The notes beneath the pieces were generated by a model. That model saw nothing but the letters and a program-made list of their open reading frames with translations. It did no database searches and was not told the DNA's origin. A DNA stretch of 47,406 nt, taken from positions 579,074-626,479 of the forward strand of contig NW_026867467.1 in NCBI RefSeq assembly GCF_020745735.1, written 5' to 3'. Numbering within the stretch: the first letter of the stretch is position 1; each line of letters starts with the position of its first letter. Position numbers and translations under genes: made by a program. The DNA comes from Hemiscyllium ocellatum. Taxonomy: Eukaryota. This document shows, piece after piece, positions 1-12,499 of the stretch.

Positions 1-290
1 GCCTGCTCTCTAGTTGGTCCATCCACATATTGGTTAAGAAAACCATCCTGTATGTACTCCAGGAATTTTTCCTCTAAGACATTGTGGCTAATTTGATTTG
101 TCCAATCTAGATGCAGATTAAAATCACCCATGGTCACAGATGTCTCCATATCACATGCTTGGCTAATTTCCTGTTTAATACTATTCCAATACGACCACTG
201 CAGTCTAGGGGTCTGTCTATGACACCCACTAATGTTTTTTGTCCCTTGGTATTTCACAGCTCCACCCATACAGTCTCCACATTGTCAAAG
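1..290 (-). mobile_element. CR1-type LINE fragment (AP-endonuclease region), degenerate
   Basis: Reverse strand reads approximately KFLEYIQDGFLNQYVDGPTREQA, typical of the CR1 ORF2 endonuclease; frameshifted. Boundaries approximate. Confidence 0.75.
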
Positions 291-639
291 CTAATGTCCT
301 AAAACGAGATGAACAAAAATACGTGACCAGGAATTGAGATATTTCTGCTCAATTATTGATCTTGATTTGATGTTAATTAGCCTTGTCGACTTTCAATGAA
401 TAGCTTCGTAAAATCTGGGACCACCAGCAGAAGGTGATGAGCTAGAACATTTGTGGAATTGCTTTCTCAGTAAATGAACATAGACACAATTTGTTGAGTT
501 TTTCACAGTAGATGACAGTGCTTCTCCAGCAGGTGGAAGTGACGGCTGATAGTAGATCCTTCAACCAACACCTTCACTCATAAAAAGTTAAGGCACACAA
601 AAGATTGACTGAGGCTACTTAGTTTAACATCATTTATTG

Positions 640-1335
640 AAAAAAATGGTGGAGTCTTTAAAAAAGGATGTTCCAGCAGAAAACTGGGAATGGCTTTACA
701 AAATGGAAATCTTGCCTGATAAATGTATTGGAATTCTTGGAGAAAATGGAGGAAACGGTGATTGTAATATGTTTTGATTTTCTGAAGGTGTTTGATAGCA
801 CCCATGCATAAGATTACTGAATAAGAAAGGAGCCTTGGCTTTGGAGGTACTGTATTAACGTGGAGAGAGGATTTTTGAAATCCCAATCCGAAAAGTTTGA
901 TTAAGTGTTTTATTTTACAGGATGTCAAAGTGTGGAGGACCACATAAATCTGTTCTGGGGGACAAAAAAAATTTACAAAGTATTTTGATGACTTAGATGA
1001 GGAAAATGAGTATATTGTAGGCAAGTTTGCGAATGACACAAAAATTGGAGCGGAGACAAGTGGTGAGTATGACACAAAAAGAAGTTTGCGGAGCGATACA
1101 GATAGGATGGGAGTGAACAAGGAGTTTTGCACATTAATGTAATGTGGATTAAATAAATGAGAACAGACATAAACAGTGAACTTGTGCATTTTAACAGGCA
1201 AGGTAGAGATTGAATTCAGAAATCTACAGGGAGTCTGCATCTCCGAACCACAAAAAGTTAGCTTTTAATTTCAACTGTCAATAAAGATGGCAAATGTCAT
1301 GTTGGGGTTTGTTTAAAAACTAATGGAATATTGAG
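640..1335 (+). mobile_element. CR1-type LINE RT fragment, degenerate
   Basis: Degenerate GKSCL.N.LEF / DF.KVFD...H.RLL motifs and downstream ...DDTKIG... RT region; many stops. Confidence 0.7.
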
Positions 1336-1344
1336 ATTAGGAAC

Positions 1345-2985
1345 AGTCAGATAGAGCAGCGAATGTGTAGCTGAGGAACTGCTGCAGGGGTTAGGATTCC
1401 CATTTTTCAATCACTGGGATCTCTTCAGGGATAGAAATGACCTATATAAGAGGGACCTGACTTGGAAGGGGACCGATATTCTTGTGGGGAAATTTGCTAG
1501 CAGTATGCTGAAGGTTTTAAATTAGTAAGGTGGATGGTGGGAACTAACAAGATAGTGAGAAAAGAGAAGTGTTTGAGGTGAGATGCTGTGAGCAATTCTC
1601 GGGGTCAAGGCAGACAACAGTTTGGCAAGAGCAAAGTAAGAACGTTAAACTGCATTTACTTCGATGGAAGAGGCCTGACATGTGAGACAGATGAACATAG
1701 GGCATAGATGGGAATGTGGGACAAGGATAACATTACCATTACAGAAATGTGGCTCAGGGATGAACAGGACTGGCAACTTAATGTTCCAGGATACAGATGT
1801 TATAGAATGGATAGACAGAGGAGCAAGAGAGGAGGTGGAGGAGTGTTCTTGGTTAGAAAGAACATTACAGCTGGATGTAGAGAGGATATTTCTTGGAGAC
1901 TGCCCAGTGAAGTTATATGGATGAAACTTAAAAATAAGAAAGAGGTGATGACCTTGCTGGGATTGTAAAATGGGCCTCCTAATAGTCAGTGGGAAAATTA
2001 CAAGCGATTCTGCTATCTGTAAGGAAAGAGGATAATGGTAGGGAATTTTAACTTTCCAACCAGAGTTTGGGGTAGTGTTAAGATCTTGGAATGTGGAGAA
2101 ATTGGTTAAGTGTGTACAAGAAAATATTGTTATTCAATATGTGGATGGACCTACTGGACAGTTCGCAATACTTGACCTTCTGTTGGGAATCAAGGCAGGA
2201 CAAGTGACTGAGGTGTCTGTAGGGGCACGCTTCAGGGAAAGTGATCATAATTCTATTGGTTTAATAATAATGATGAGAAAGGATAGAATTGATTTAAAAA
2301 TGAAAGTTTCAAATTGGAGTGTGGCCAGTTTTGATGGTATTAGACTTTGAGATGTTGGTTGGGGGAGGTTATTCACAGGTAAAGGGACGACTGACAAGTG
2401 GGAGGCCTTTAAGAATGAGACAATGAGAGTTCAGTGATGGTATGTTTCTGTTTGTGTGAAGGGCAAGGCATGGGAAAAGCTCAATGATGAGGGAAATTGC
2501 AACTCCTGTCCAGAAAACGAAGGGGGCATTCATCAGATATAGACAGCTGGGATTGAGTGAATCCTGAGAAGGGTGTAAGGGCAGTCGGAGTATACTTCAC
2601 CAGGAAATCATGAGGGAAAAAAGGGGCATGAAATTGCATGGCAAATAGAATTAAGGAGAATCCGAAAAGATTCTAAAATTATTTTAAGGTTAAAAGAATA
2701 ACTAAGAAGAGAATACAGCCCTTAAAGATCAAATGAGTTCATCTTACAGAAGAGGAGGTGTTGGGGGTCTTAAAGTAAAAAATGGAAATAAATCCTGGAG
2801 AGCTGATTAGGTATTTCTCAGAACTTTGTGGGAAGCTAGGGAAGAGATTCGTGGACCCCTTGCTGAGATATTTGTATCATCGATAATCATAGATGAGATG
2901 CCAGAAGACTGGAGAGTGACTAATGTGGCAGCATTATTGAAGAAAGTTGTATGGAAAAGCCAGGGAACCATAAACTGGTGAGCCT
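1345..2985 (+). mobile_element. CR1-type LINE fragment: ORF1 esterase end, ORF2 endonuclease and start of RT
   Basis: ORF pieces ITEMWLRDEQDWQLNVPGYRCYRMDR...KRGGGGV (1708-1968) and QYVDGPT...ILDLLL...SDHNSI (2075-2350); PEDWRVTNV near 2900. Confidence 0.85.
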
Positions 2986-3075
2986 TTCACGCCAGAGATG
3001 CTGCCAGACCTTCTGAACATTTCCAGCAGTTTCCGTTTTTGTTTCTGATACACAGCATCCACTGCTCTTTCAGTT
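2986..3075. mobile_element. Short PLE-terminal-repeat-like fragment
   Basis: gatgctgccagaccttctgaacatttccagca resembles the gatgctgcctgacctgctg...ttccagca core shared by the PLE-derived repeats elsewhere in the window. Confidence 0.5.
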
Positions 3076-3129
3076 TTTACTTAGTAGTCAGAGAGCATTA
3101 CGTTTTGGATTGGAGGCCTGTTAGAATAT

Positions 3130-4340
3130 AACATCCAAACATTAGAAATACGATCAGGAGTAGGCCATCTGACCCCACGAGTCTGCTCTGCCTTTCAATA
3201 TCATCATGGATCATCTTTCAATGGACTAAGATTCCACTTACCCACCCGCTCACTATAACCCTCCATTCCTTTACTGTTAAAAAATCTATTTTACCTTTAA
3301 AACATTCAACAGGTTGGCCTCAGCTGCTTCACTAGGCAGGGGATTCCACAGCTTCACAACCCTTTGGGTGAAGATGTTGATCCTCAACTCAGTCCTAAAT
3401 CTGTTGCCCTTATTTTGAGGTTATGCCCCATCGTTCTAATTTCACCCACCAGTGGAAATAGCCTCCCTGCTTCTGTCTTATCTATCCCATTTATAATTTT
3501 ACAACCCCCCTCCCACATTGTTCTGAATTCCAATGAGTATAATCCCAGTCTGCTCAATCTCTTCTCACAAGCCAACCCCCTCATTTCCAGAATCAACATA
3601 ATCAACCTCCTCAGCAAACCCCCACCCCAATGCCATCTCATGTAAGGTGATGAAAAGTGTACAGAGTACTCCAGGCATGGTCACACCAGCGCCCTATACA
3701 GCTGCAGCAGAAAGTCCTAATTTTAAACTCTATCCACTGCCAATGAAGGACACTATTCCATTTGTCTTCCTAATTAGCTACTGTACTTGCAAACCATACT
3801 TTTGTGTTTCATGCACAAGAACAGCCAAGTCCCCCTGCACAGCAGCATTCTGTTTGTTATTATTCCTCCCAAAATGGATGACCTCACGTTTACTAACATT
3901 GTACTCCATCTGCCAGACTCTTGCCCACTCACTTAACCTGTCTATATCCTCCTGCACACTTTGCTCTATCACTCATTTAAGTGCCTTCTGCGAACTACAA
4001 CACACTACACTTGGATCTCTAACTCGAAGCAATCGACCTGAATTGTAAACAATTGCAGTCCCAACACTCATCCCTGAGACACACCACTCGCCACTGATTG
4101 CCAACCAGAAAAACACCCATTTATCCCCATGTTTTGCATTCTGTGAGTTAGCCAGTTTTCTGTCCATGCTAATGCATTGCCTGTAACACTGTGCATCTTT
4201 ATCTTATGCAGCAGCCTTTTGTGCAGCACCTTGCTGAATGCCTTTTGGAAATCCAGATACACCACGTTCACCAGTTCCCCATTGTCTACCACGCTCATTA
4301 TGACCTCAAAGAATTCCAATTAATCAGTTAAACATGACCT
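3130..4340 (-). mobile_element. CR1-type LINE, RT C-terminal half and 3' end
   Basis: Minus ORFs EFFE...VDNGELVNVVYLDFQKAFSKVLHKRLLHKIK (4068-4319), DIDRLSEWARVWQMEYNVSK (3778-3972), RLSRLGLYSLEFR (3384-3641). Confidence 0.9.
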
Positions 4341-4344
4341 GCCT

Positions 4345-5165
4345 TTCATGAACCCAAACTTTATTAAATAAATGTGAGGTGCTGCATTTTTGTAAGGCAA
4401 ACCAGGGCAAGACTTATACAATTAATGGCTGGGCCTTGGGGAGTGTTGCTGAGCAAAGAAACCAAAGGGAGCAGATGCATCATTCTTTGAAAGTGGAGTT
4501 GCAGGTAGACAGGGTGGGGAAGAAGGTGTTTGGCATGCTTTCCTTCATTGGTCATAACATTAAGTGTAGGAGTCGAGATGTCATCTCTCAGCTGTACAGA
4601 ACATTTGTGAGGCCACGTTTAGAATTATTACAGACAAATCTGGCTGACCATTTCTGTGAAGGATTTTGTGAAACTTGAGGGGATGTAGAAAAGATTTCCA
4701 AGAATGATGCTGGAACTGGAGTGCTTAAGGTATAAGGTGAAGCTGAATAGGCTGGGGCTTTTCTTTTCCCTACAGTGAGAGGAAAGGAGGCTGAGGAGTG
4801 GCCTGAACAAGACCCTATAAAATCATGCAGGGCATTGATATGGTGAATAGCCAAGGCCTTTTTCCTCGAGTGGGAGAGTCCAAAACTAGAGGACAGCAGA
4901 TTAAGGTGAGAGGAGAAACGTTTGAAAAGAACCTGAGGGGTAACCTTTTCACGTGTGTGACTGGAAACAGTTGCCAGTGATAGTGGTGGAGGTGGGTTCA
5001 ATTACTGCATTTAAAAGGCACCTGGATGGGTGTATGAACAGGGAACATTTAGAGAAAGATAGGCCAAATGTTTGGCAAATGGTACTCAGTCAGGTTGGGA
5101 TATCTGGGCAGTGCAGTTGGACCGAAGGGTCTGTTTCTGTGCCTGATATCTGTATGACTATAATG
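4345..5165 (+). mobile_element. CR1-type LINE 3' fragment
   Basis: ORF 4379-4678 ...FGMLSFIGHNIKCRSRDVISQLYRTFVRPRLE; typical CR1 3'UTR ending ...tctgtatgactataat. Confidence 0.85.
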
Positions 5166-5204
5166 TTTGTTAAAACTGAAAAGAAGCTCTATTTTTACCA
5201 CAGC

Positions 5205-5745
5205 TGAAATACGATGGACTGTTCTTGGGACTCATCTCACAAAGAAAAGGTACACTGGACTGTGAGACAATCCACACGAGGTTTAGTCGACTGATCCTGA
5301 GGATGGAGGGACTGTCTTGAGAGTAGAGACTGAGTCGTTTGGGCCTATACTCATTAGAACATAGAAGATTCAGTGGTGACATTCTGAAACATCTATTATT
5401 TTCAGGAAACTTGATGGTGTAAATGCAGAAATGTAGTTTCCCCTTGTGGGAGAGGTTCGGGCCAGTGAGTAAACTCTCTGAATTAGAGGTCACAAATGTC
5501 AGGCAGAACAGAATTTTGTCTCCCAGAATGTAGTGAATCTGTGGAATTTGTTTCCATAGAACACTGTCGAGGCTGGGTCATTCAGTATTTTGAAGGCTGA
5601 AATGGGCAGGTTTTGATTTGGGAATTGAATCAATGCTTACAGTTAAACGCTGAAAAAATGGAGGTGAGGATTATCAGCTCAGGTATGATGTCATTGTTTG
5701 GAAGCCCAAACCCCATTGGCTGAACAGACCGCTTCTGGTTCCCTC
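5205..5745 (+). mobile_element. Older CR1-type LINE 3' fragment
   Basis: gagtagagactgagtcgtttgggcctatactcattagaacatagaaga (RL..LGLYSLE.RR) and downstream CR1 3' sequence. Confidence 0.7.
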
Positions 5746-7978
5746 TCATTGACCTTTGCTCTAAGTTAGTCTTTTCAGAATTATATAGGTCTCATCTAAA
5801 TTAACCTCCATGTTTGAAGCCCAGCTGCTTCAATCCCTCCTCATCATGAAAAAAGACAGGGATCATCTTTCTCACTGTTTGGTGGCATTGCATTCTGCCT
5901 CTAATGCAGTGACTACATTTATAGTCCTTCAGTTCTGTTAAATATTTGTCAAACACAACCACATCTGTCACAGAAAAGGTTAAAGACAGATCAAAACTAC
6001 ATTTAAACTACCATATCAAGCACACTGTCAGCATGTGTTGCATGGAATACACACACATTGCATATTAAAGCTCTCTCAGTACTCATCCATTAAACACTGC
6101 AAGGGTTGTTCAGAGATGATTTGCTTATGTGTGTGTGTATGTCTGTGCCTGTAAATGATAGTCTACTTGTATAACAAAGTTTCGATGCATAGTGTTGTTC
6201 CCTTTTTATTCTGGTGTCAAGCATTTCAAAATCAGAAAGACAGTGGGTAGGAGTTCAAACCCCTTTACACGGCTACATCAAATGTTTTCTGTGATTGTAC
6301 AGCTCATGTAATGTGCTGGGTAAGTCTCCCTCTATATTGTGTTGTCCAATGCAATCATGTCAAATATATTTTGGTTTAGACACAGAGTAGAGCTGCATCC
6401 AGGATTCCCTAAAAAAAATCCTCCCAGAGTCGATACAGAATAAATTGACCTCTATAATATTAAACCTTCCATGAGATGTGCAGCGTAAGGTTAATTATAA
6501 ATATGCATTACATTGAACCATTAAACATTCCTCAGACAAGAATAATAGTGCAGAGATACAATGAAAACACTAACACAGTAAAGTCTTGCAGCCTCATTCC
6601 TATCAAGCATTTCCAGATCACTCAATGCTCAGACAGATTTATGAGAAAATCTTGCTGTCCTGACTCAAATCTCTAACAAGGCATCAGAGATAAAGAAAAA
6701 AGGGGGAAGGCAGGAGGGGAAGAGAGAAAAAGAGACACAGAAATATTAGCTGTGCCAATGTATCTCTTAATTATAGTTTTTTGACTAAACATGACAATTG
6801 ATACCTCTGTCATTCAACAATCATACAACTTATGTATTAAAAAGTCCTAACATCAATTAGTATTGGAATCCATTGAGTTATTTGCATTTTTTCCACAATT
6901 CGTGTGCTGTGCTTGTGGGGAAATATAAATGAGGGTTTTGTGGTTCTGTAATCTATTCTGAGAATTCTATTTCTGTGTTTATTTACATAAATGCTTAATT
7001 GGCTTCAAGGAAGTGATGATGGCAGCAAAGCCAGGTGAATGAAGTGATTTGTTGGTAAGTTTCAAATCGAAACAAGTTTATTTTAAGAATGTTGACCATT
7101 TGCAGAAGTGAATAAAAATTTATGAAGCCGAATTGCAACAGATTTTATTTATTTCTGAAAGATAAATAATTTAAAACTTTTATTTAGGTTAACAATTCAG
7201 TGCTGAAAATTCTGCAAATTTAGAATATTCACGTGAAATACAGGAACTGCCGCAACAATTACATTTAATTGATATAGTTGTTACGAGGTTTCGTTACACG
7301 TATTACTTAATGGTAAGGGTCAGCAATGAGTCCCTATCCCCAACTGCCCATTGAATAGCTTGCTAAAGCCACTTCAGAACACAGTCAATTACTTCCCAGT
7401 GGGTCTGGAATCTCATGTCGGCCAGACCATGTAGATGTGACAGATGCCTTGTCATTCGTGAACCAGCTGTTTTTGTATTTTTCCATTGACTCGGGTTACA
7501 TGGTCATCATTTGCCTTCCTTTCTGATTCCAGGATTTCTTTAAATTCAAATTTCACTCTGGGCAAACGATGATCCAAACCCTGTCCATTCAACATCAAAC
7601 TGGAGTTCGAGAATACTGGTCTCATGATATCATCACTGTGATCCAAATGTTGGAAATGCACAGAAAGCACAGAAATGCAATGAATCTGCATTTTACATCA
7701 TGAACAAATATTGGAGTGGAATACTGGCAAGAACTCTCTTGCTGTTCACAGCAACATCTCAGGAGACTTTGCATCCAATCACCAATCTAAAATCTGTCTG
7801 AAGAGCCTGACTCACCGTCATTTGCATTTGTTGAATTCTTCACTGAATTATGAAAGCGTTAGTCACATATCCCAAGAAGGTGGTCATCAGCTCCCTTTTT
7901 GAGGCCTGCCATCTTGCTCGGCTAATTATGGTTGATCTTTCTTAAGAAGCTTTATTACAACCAAATGGCTTCTCAGTC

Positions 7979-8196
7979 GAGACTGTAGTGCTGGAAAAGT
8001 ACAGCAGGTCAGGCAGCGTCCGAGGAGCAGGAGAATCGACGTTTTGGGCATAAGGCCTTTATTAAGATACCTGATGTAGTTGTTATGCCTGGAACATTGA
8101 TTCTCCTGCTCCTTGGATGCTGCCTGACCTGCTGTGCTTTTCCAGCACTACACTCTCAACTCAGATCTCCAGCACCTGCAGTCCTCACTTTCTCCT
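7979..8196. mobile_element. Fold-back (hairpin) non-autonomous PLE-derived repeat
   Basis: Inverted arms tgtagtgctggaaaagtacagcaggtcaggcagc... / ...gctgcctgacctgctgtgcttttccagcactaca; same sequence as the terminal repeat of the GIY-YIG element at 44341-45027. Confidence 0.85.
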
Positions 8197-8842
8197 GATG
8201 GGTTTCTTAGTCAGGTTCGGCACAGGAAAGGAACCATCGCCTTTTTGTTGAACAGGTAGGGCAGGCCAGGTAGGAAGGTCACACATCCTCCTCTGAAGGG
8301 CAATACTGAACCATGTAACATGCTTCAAAACTTTGGTAGGTCTGTGATTATCATTCGTTACTTCAGCAGTTTCATTTCATACTCTTTCATTAATTGAAGC
8401 TACTATGGTATAGTTTGATTCTGGAACTTTACTCCAAACCTTTCAATTGCTTATTACATGCTCATAATGCCTCCTTAACCACTTTCTCAAACTGTCATGT
8501 TAGCTTCAATGATTTTTTTATTGACTCATGGAACACGGTGGTTGCTTTTAGTTGTTGGTAGGTATCCTTCAGAAGATGGCAGAAAGCTGCCTTTCTGAAA
8601 TAACATCTTCCAAAATGACCTGAGGAAGGGAATTCCATATTTTGACCCAGTTACAGTAAAAGATCGATGATATATTTCCATGTCAGGATGCTGAGTAGTT
8701 TAGAGAGGAGGTTACAGTGGTGCTGTTCCCATGTATCTGCTGTTCTTATCCATCGAGATGCAAGTGGTAGTGGGAAGGTACTGTGTAAGGAAGTGGCTAA
8801 GTTACTGCAGTGCAGTATTTTAGATAGTGCATACGGCTGGTA

Positions 8843-8934
8843 TGCCTGAAGAAGGGCTTATGCCCGAAACATCGATTCTCCTGCTCCTTGGATGCTGCCT
8901 GACCTGCTGCGCTTTTCTAGCAACACATTTTTCA
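8843..8934 (+). mobile_element. Short PLE-derived repeat with degenerate ~14-bp TSD
   Basis: cctgaagaagggcttatgcccgaaac...ttttcag flanked by gcatacggctggta (8829-8842) and gcatatggcaggta (8935-8948). Confidence 0.8.
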
Positions 8935-9767
8935 GCATATGGCAGGTACTAAGCATCAGATTTGGAGGCAATGGACGCTTGTGGATGTGCTGCTGATCAA
9001 GTGGGATGCTTTGTCCTGGACAATGTCTGGCTTCTTGAGTGCAGTTGAAGGTGCTCCTGTCCAGTCAAAGGGCGAGCTGTGCTATTACCCTCCTGACTTC
9101 TGTCTCTTAGACAGTCAGTTGGCTTTGCAAGTCAGGAGGGTGAGTTACTCGCTGCAGTATTCCTAGCCTCTGGCCTGCTCTTACAACCACTGTATTTATA
9201 TGGAGTGTCCAGCTCAATTTCTAATGAACAATAAAACCCAGGATGTCGATGGTGAGGGATTCCATGATGGTAACACTATTGAATGTCAAGGGGTTTTGGT
9301 TAGATTGTCTCTTATTGTCAATGGTCATTGTCTCGCAGGTTTGTGGTGTGAATGCTATTTGCCACTTGTCAGCTCAAGTCTGGAAATTGTCCAGATTTTG
9401 TTGCATTTGAATGTGGACTGAGCAGTCACAAAAAAATGCTAGATCAATGCAGATTTCACTTCTGACCTTCTGAGGGAGGGAAAGTCATTGCTGAAGCAGC
9501 TGAACATGATTGGGCCAAGGACACTTTCTTTAGGAACTCCAACAGAGATTTGCTTTGGCTGAGACGACTGCCCTCTAACAAGCAGAGCCACCTTCCAATG
9601 TGTGAGGTCTGACTGCAGGCAGCAGGGAGGTTGTCACCTGATACCCATTGAATCCAGTTTTGCTAGGACTCCATAATATCACACTCTGTCAAATGTGACC
9701 TTAATGTGAAGGGCTGTCACTCTTCCCTCATTTCTGGAATTCAGTTCTTTGTCCATGTTTAAATCAA

Positions 9768-9998
9768 CTCGGAGAAAGTGAGGACCGCAGATGCTGGAGA
9801 TCAGAGCTTAAAAATGTGTTGCTGGAAAAGCGCAGCAGGTCAGGCAGCATCAAAGGAGCAGGAGAATCAAAGTTTCGGGCATAAGCCCTTCTTCAGGAAT
9901 CAGGCTTCAGAAGGGCTTATTTATGTCCAAAACGTCGATTCTCCTGCTCCTTTGATGCTGCCTGACCTGCTGCGCTTTTCCAGCAACACATTTTTAAG
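9768..9998. mobile_element. Fold-back PLE-derived repeat with perfect 15-bp TSD
   Basis: TSD ccatgtttaaatcaa at 9753-9767 and 9999-10013; internal inverted arms. Confidence 0.9.
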
Positions 9999-10829
9999 CC
10001 ATGTTTAAATCAAGTCTGTAATTCAGTCATGAGCTGAGTAGGCCTTGCGTAACCCACATTTTATGTCACTGAGCAGGTTATTACTGAGCTAGTGCTGCTT
10101 GATAGCACTGTTGAAAGCACCTTCCTACACCTAACTCATGATTGAGCATGGACTGATGGAGCAGTAATTCGCCACGGTGGTTTGACCTATTTTCTGTGCA
10201 CAGGACATGCCTGGCCTATTTTCCACATTGTCCATGCCAGTATTGTAGCTGTACTGGGAGTGCTTGGCTAGCACAAGTCAGCAGTATTATTGCCAGAATT
10301 TTGTCAGGCTCCATAGCATTTGCAGTAACCAGTGCCCCCCGCCCAACAGTGCCTTGATTTCACATGGAGAGAAGCGAATTCCCTGAAGACAGGTATCTGT
10401 AATATTGGTGATCTATAAAAGATGCCGAGATGGATCAGACAATTGGCACTTCTGGCTGACGATTGCTGTGAATGCTTCAACCTTAACTTTTGCGCTGATG
10501 TGTTGTGCTCTCCAAAGCAGAGCAAGGGGATATCTGTGGAGCTTATTCTTTCAATGAGTTGTTTAATTATCAACTTTAGTTCATGACTTGATGTGGCAGC
10601 ACTGCAGGCTCAGACCCCAGTTTCCTAAAGTAATGGTCTAGCCACAATATCTCCAGACTATAGCTCCAACCCCCACTCCATGGTGTGGATATGCACAACA
10701 GAAGATCGCTTATCCTTTGTATTTGTAGATTCCAACAATGCATCGTATATTTGCTTAATTTGTTAGTCTTGAAAATGCTTTACTTCACAGACTTTAGGAT
10801 ATAATGTTCTGTTTTCAATTCTTCTCTCC

Positions 10830-11330
10830 AACAGGCAAGGTCATCGATGTCACACTGGCTTTCCTCCTCATTAATTGCAAAACCAAACGTTTTTCACCTC
10901 ATCTTTGAACTTACTGATCAAAATTGCTACATTCTTGACTAGATCGTTCATATACGCTGCAAACAGCAAAGGATCCAGCACCAAGTCGTATAGTAAGCCA
11001 CTGGACACAAGATGTCTTCACAATGACTACCTTCGACCATTACCTTCTGCCAACAAATAAACCTTCGATGCATTTGCCAAACTGCACCAGATCCCATGAA
11101 CCCTTAGCATATTGAAGATGCAAGATCTGGTCAAAAACCTGATTGAAGTCAAGAAGCATCACATCCACTTTTTACACCCGATGGCACATCTCATTGCCTC
11201 TGCGGAAAACAGAATCAACCACTTCCCAGATGGTCTCACTTCCACCAAAGCCCTGCTGAATTTTATTGCTTAAACCTTACAATTCCAACTTTTAATGAAT
11301 GCTGTCTCTTAGATTTATTTATTACCTTCC
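10830..11330 (-). mobile_element. CR1-type LINE RT fragment, degenerate
   Basis: Reverse strand has VDVMLLDFNQVFDQI..., ..GLLYDLVLDPLL.. degenerate RT motifs. Confidence 0.6.
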
Positions 11331-12499
11331 CTCAAGCTTTCTACTCTTAAACATAGGTTTATGAGCGAAACTACATATTGTCATTTCGCTCCTTTCACCC
11401 GATGATAACTCTTCTTATCTCTCTGACAGATAATTTACTCTAGCTGAAATAATCTCTTCTGCTTCATTCTGGAAAATGGAAATGGAATTGAATACAATGT
11501 TGAGACCAACAGCAAACTGTCCGTTTGTTCTTGACACTGTCAGTGTGTGTTCACCCTCAGAGGTAGGAAGACTGTTTGTGCTGATAATACGGAAAGTAGC
11601 GCCTGATGTATCATTCTCAGCTGGCGCGCAACTTCCTGTTTCTATGTGCCAGCAGCAAGCCACACATCTCACTTCTGATCAGAAAATAAACCCAGGGGAT
11701 ACAATCTGGCAGAAACATCTGCCAATGTGGCCTAGATCAGGACACAGAGTGTGAAGTGATCACATTGAAGTGACATTTGCAAATCGACCTTTCGATCTCT
11801 CTTTCACGGTCTGATTCCAGGACGTCGTTGGACGAGTCTCTCGACTATCTAACAAGCTCATTCGATTCACTAACGTCTGGAACACATTGACATGCACCTT
11901 TTCATGTCTTTGATCTTGTACTACTTGTTACTCTCTCTTCAGATTTAATGTTCCCAGCTTTTGATTCTGTCTTCTGTATCCATCACCTTCCCACCCAAAT
12001 ACATTCTGTTTGATCTATTTCCTAAATTTTGATCAACTAAACAAATAATACAGTTTAGTACAGACAGGTATGTTGGTGTGTCCGATTAACAGAATCAATA
12101 TATGGAGAGATCACCTTGGCTGTATCTAAATCTGACCAACATTGAATTCAAATAAACCACAGCACTGTGTGGTTTCAAACTTTGCAAATCTTCTCTCTTT
12201 GATAGAGCTTGTTCTAACAGTTAATTCTTGTCTTGATTATTTCAGAAACTATAACTAAAAATCCCTATTTTTAACCAAGTTTCAAATATTATTACAAGTT
12301 GCAGCACTGGCATTTCCTACAGTGAGCTTTGTGGTGTTTAAATGTTCTGGTCAAAATTTGCTTCAAGCAGAAGACTGAACCATTGGTTTCTCCGAGTTCC
12401 CAGCCACTGCCCTTGCAGTTCCATAATAACTGCAAGCTATTGATAAGCCCCAGAATGAACAGAATGTCCAGGCCCTGTACACATCCAAACGCCATGATG

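Larger units (their letters stand above)
8515..10620 (-). mobile_element. Non-LTR retrotransposon RT and 3' end of a second LINE family (CR1/L2/Jockey group), interrupted by two PLE-derived insertions
   Basis: Reverse strand gives degenerate RT motifs (..WKI.Q.CPVHK., GVP.GSVLGP.., ..D.TL). Interrupted at 8843-8934 and 9768-9998. A related 3' fragment lies at ~7310-7470. Confidence 0.65.

Noticed and set aside
11415-11754. Overlapping ORFs 11476-11754 (+) and 11415-11672 (-)
   Set aside because: No recognisable domain or splice context; the region is better explained as non-coding.
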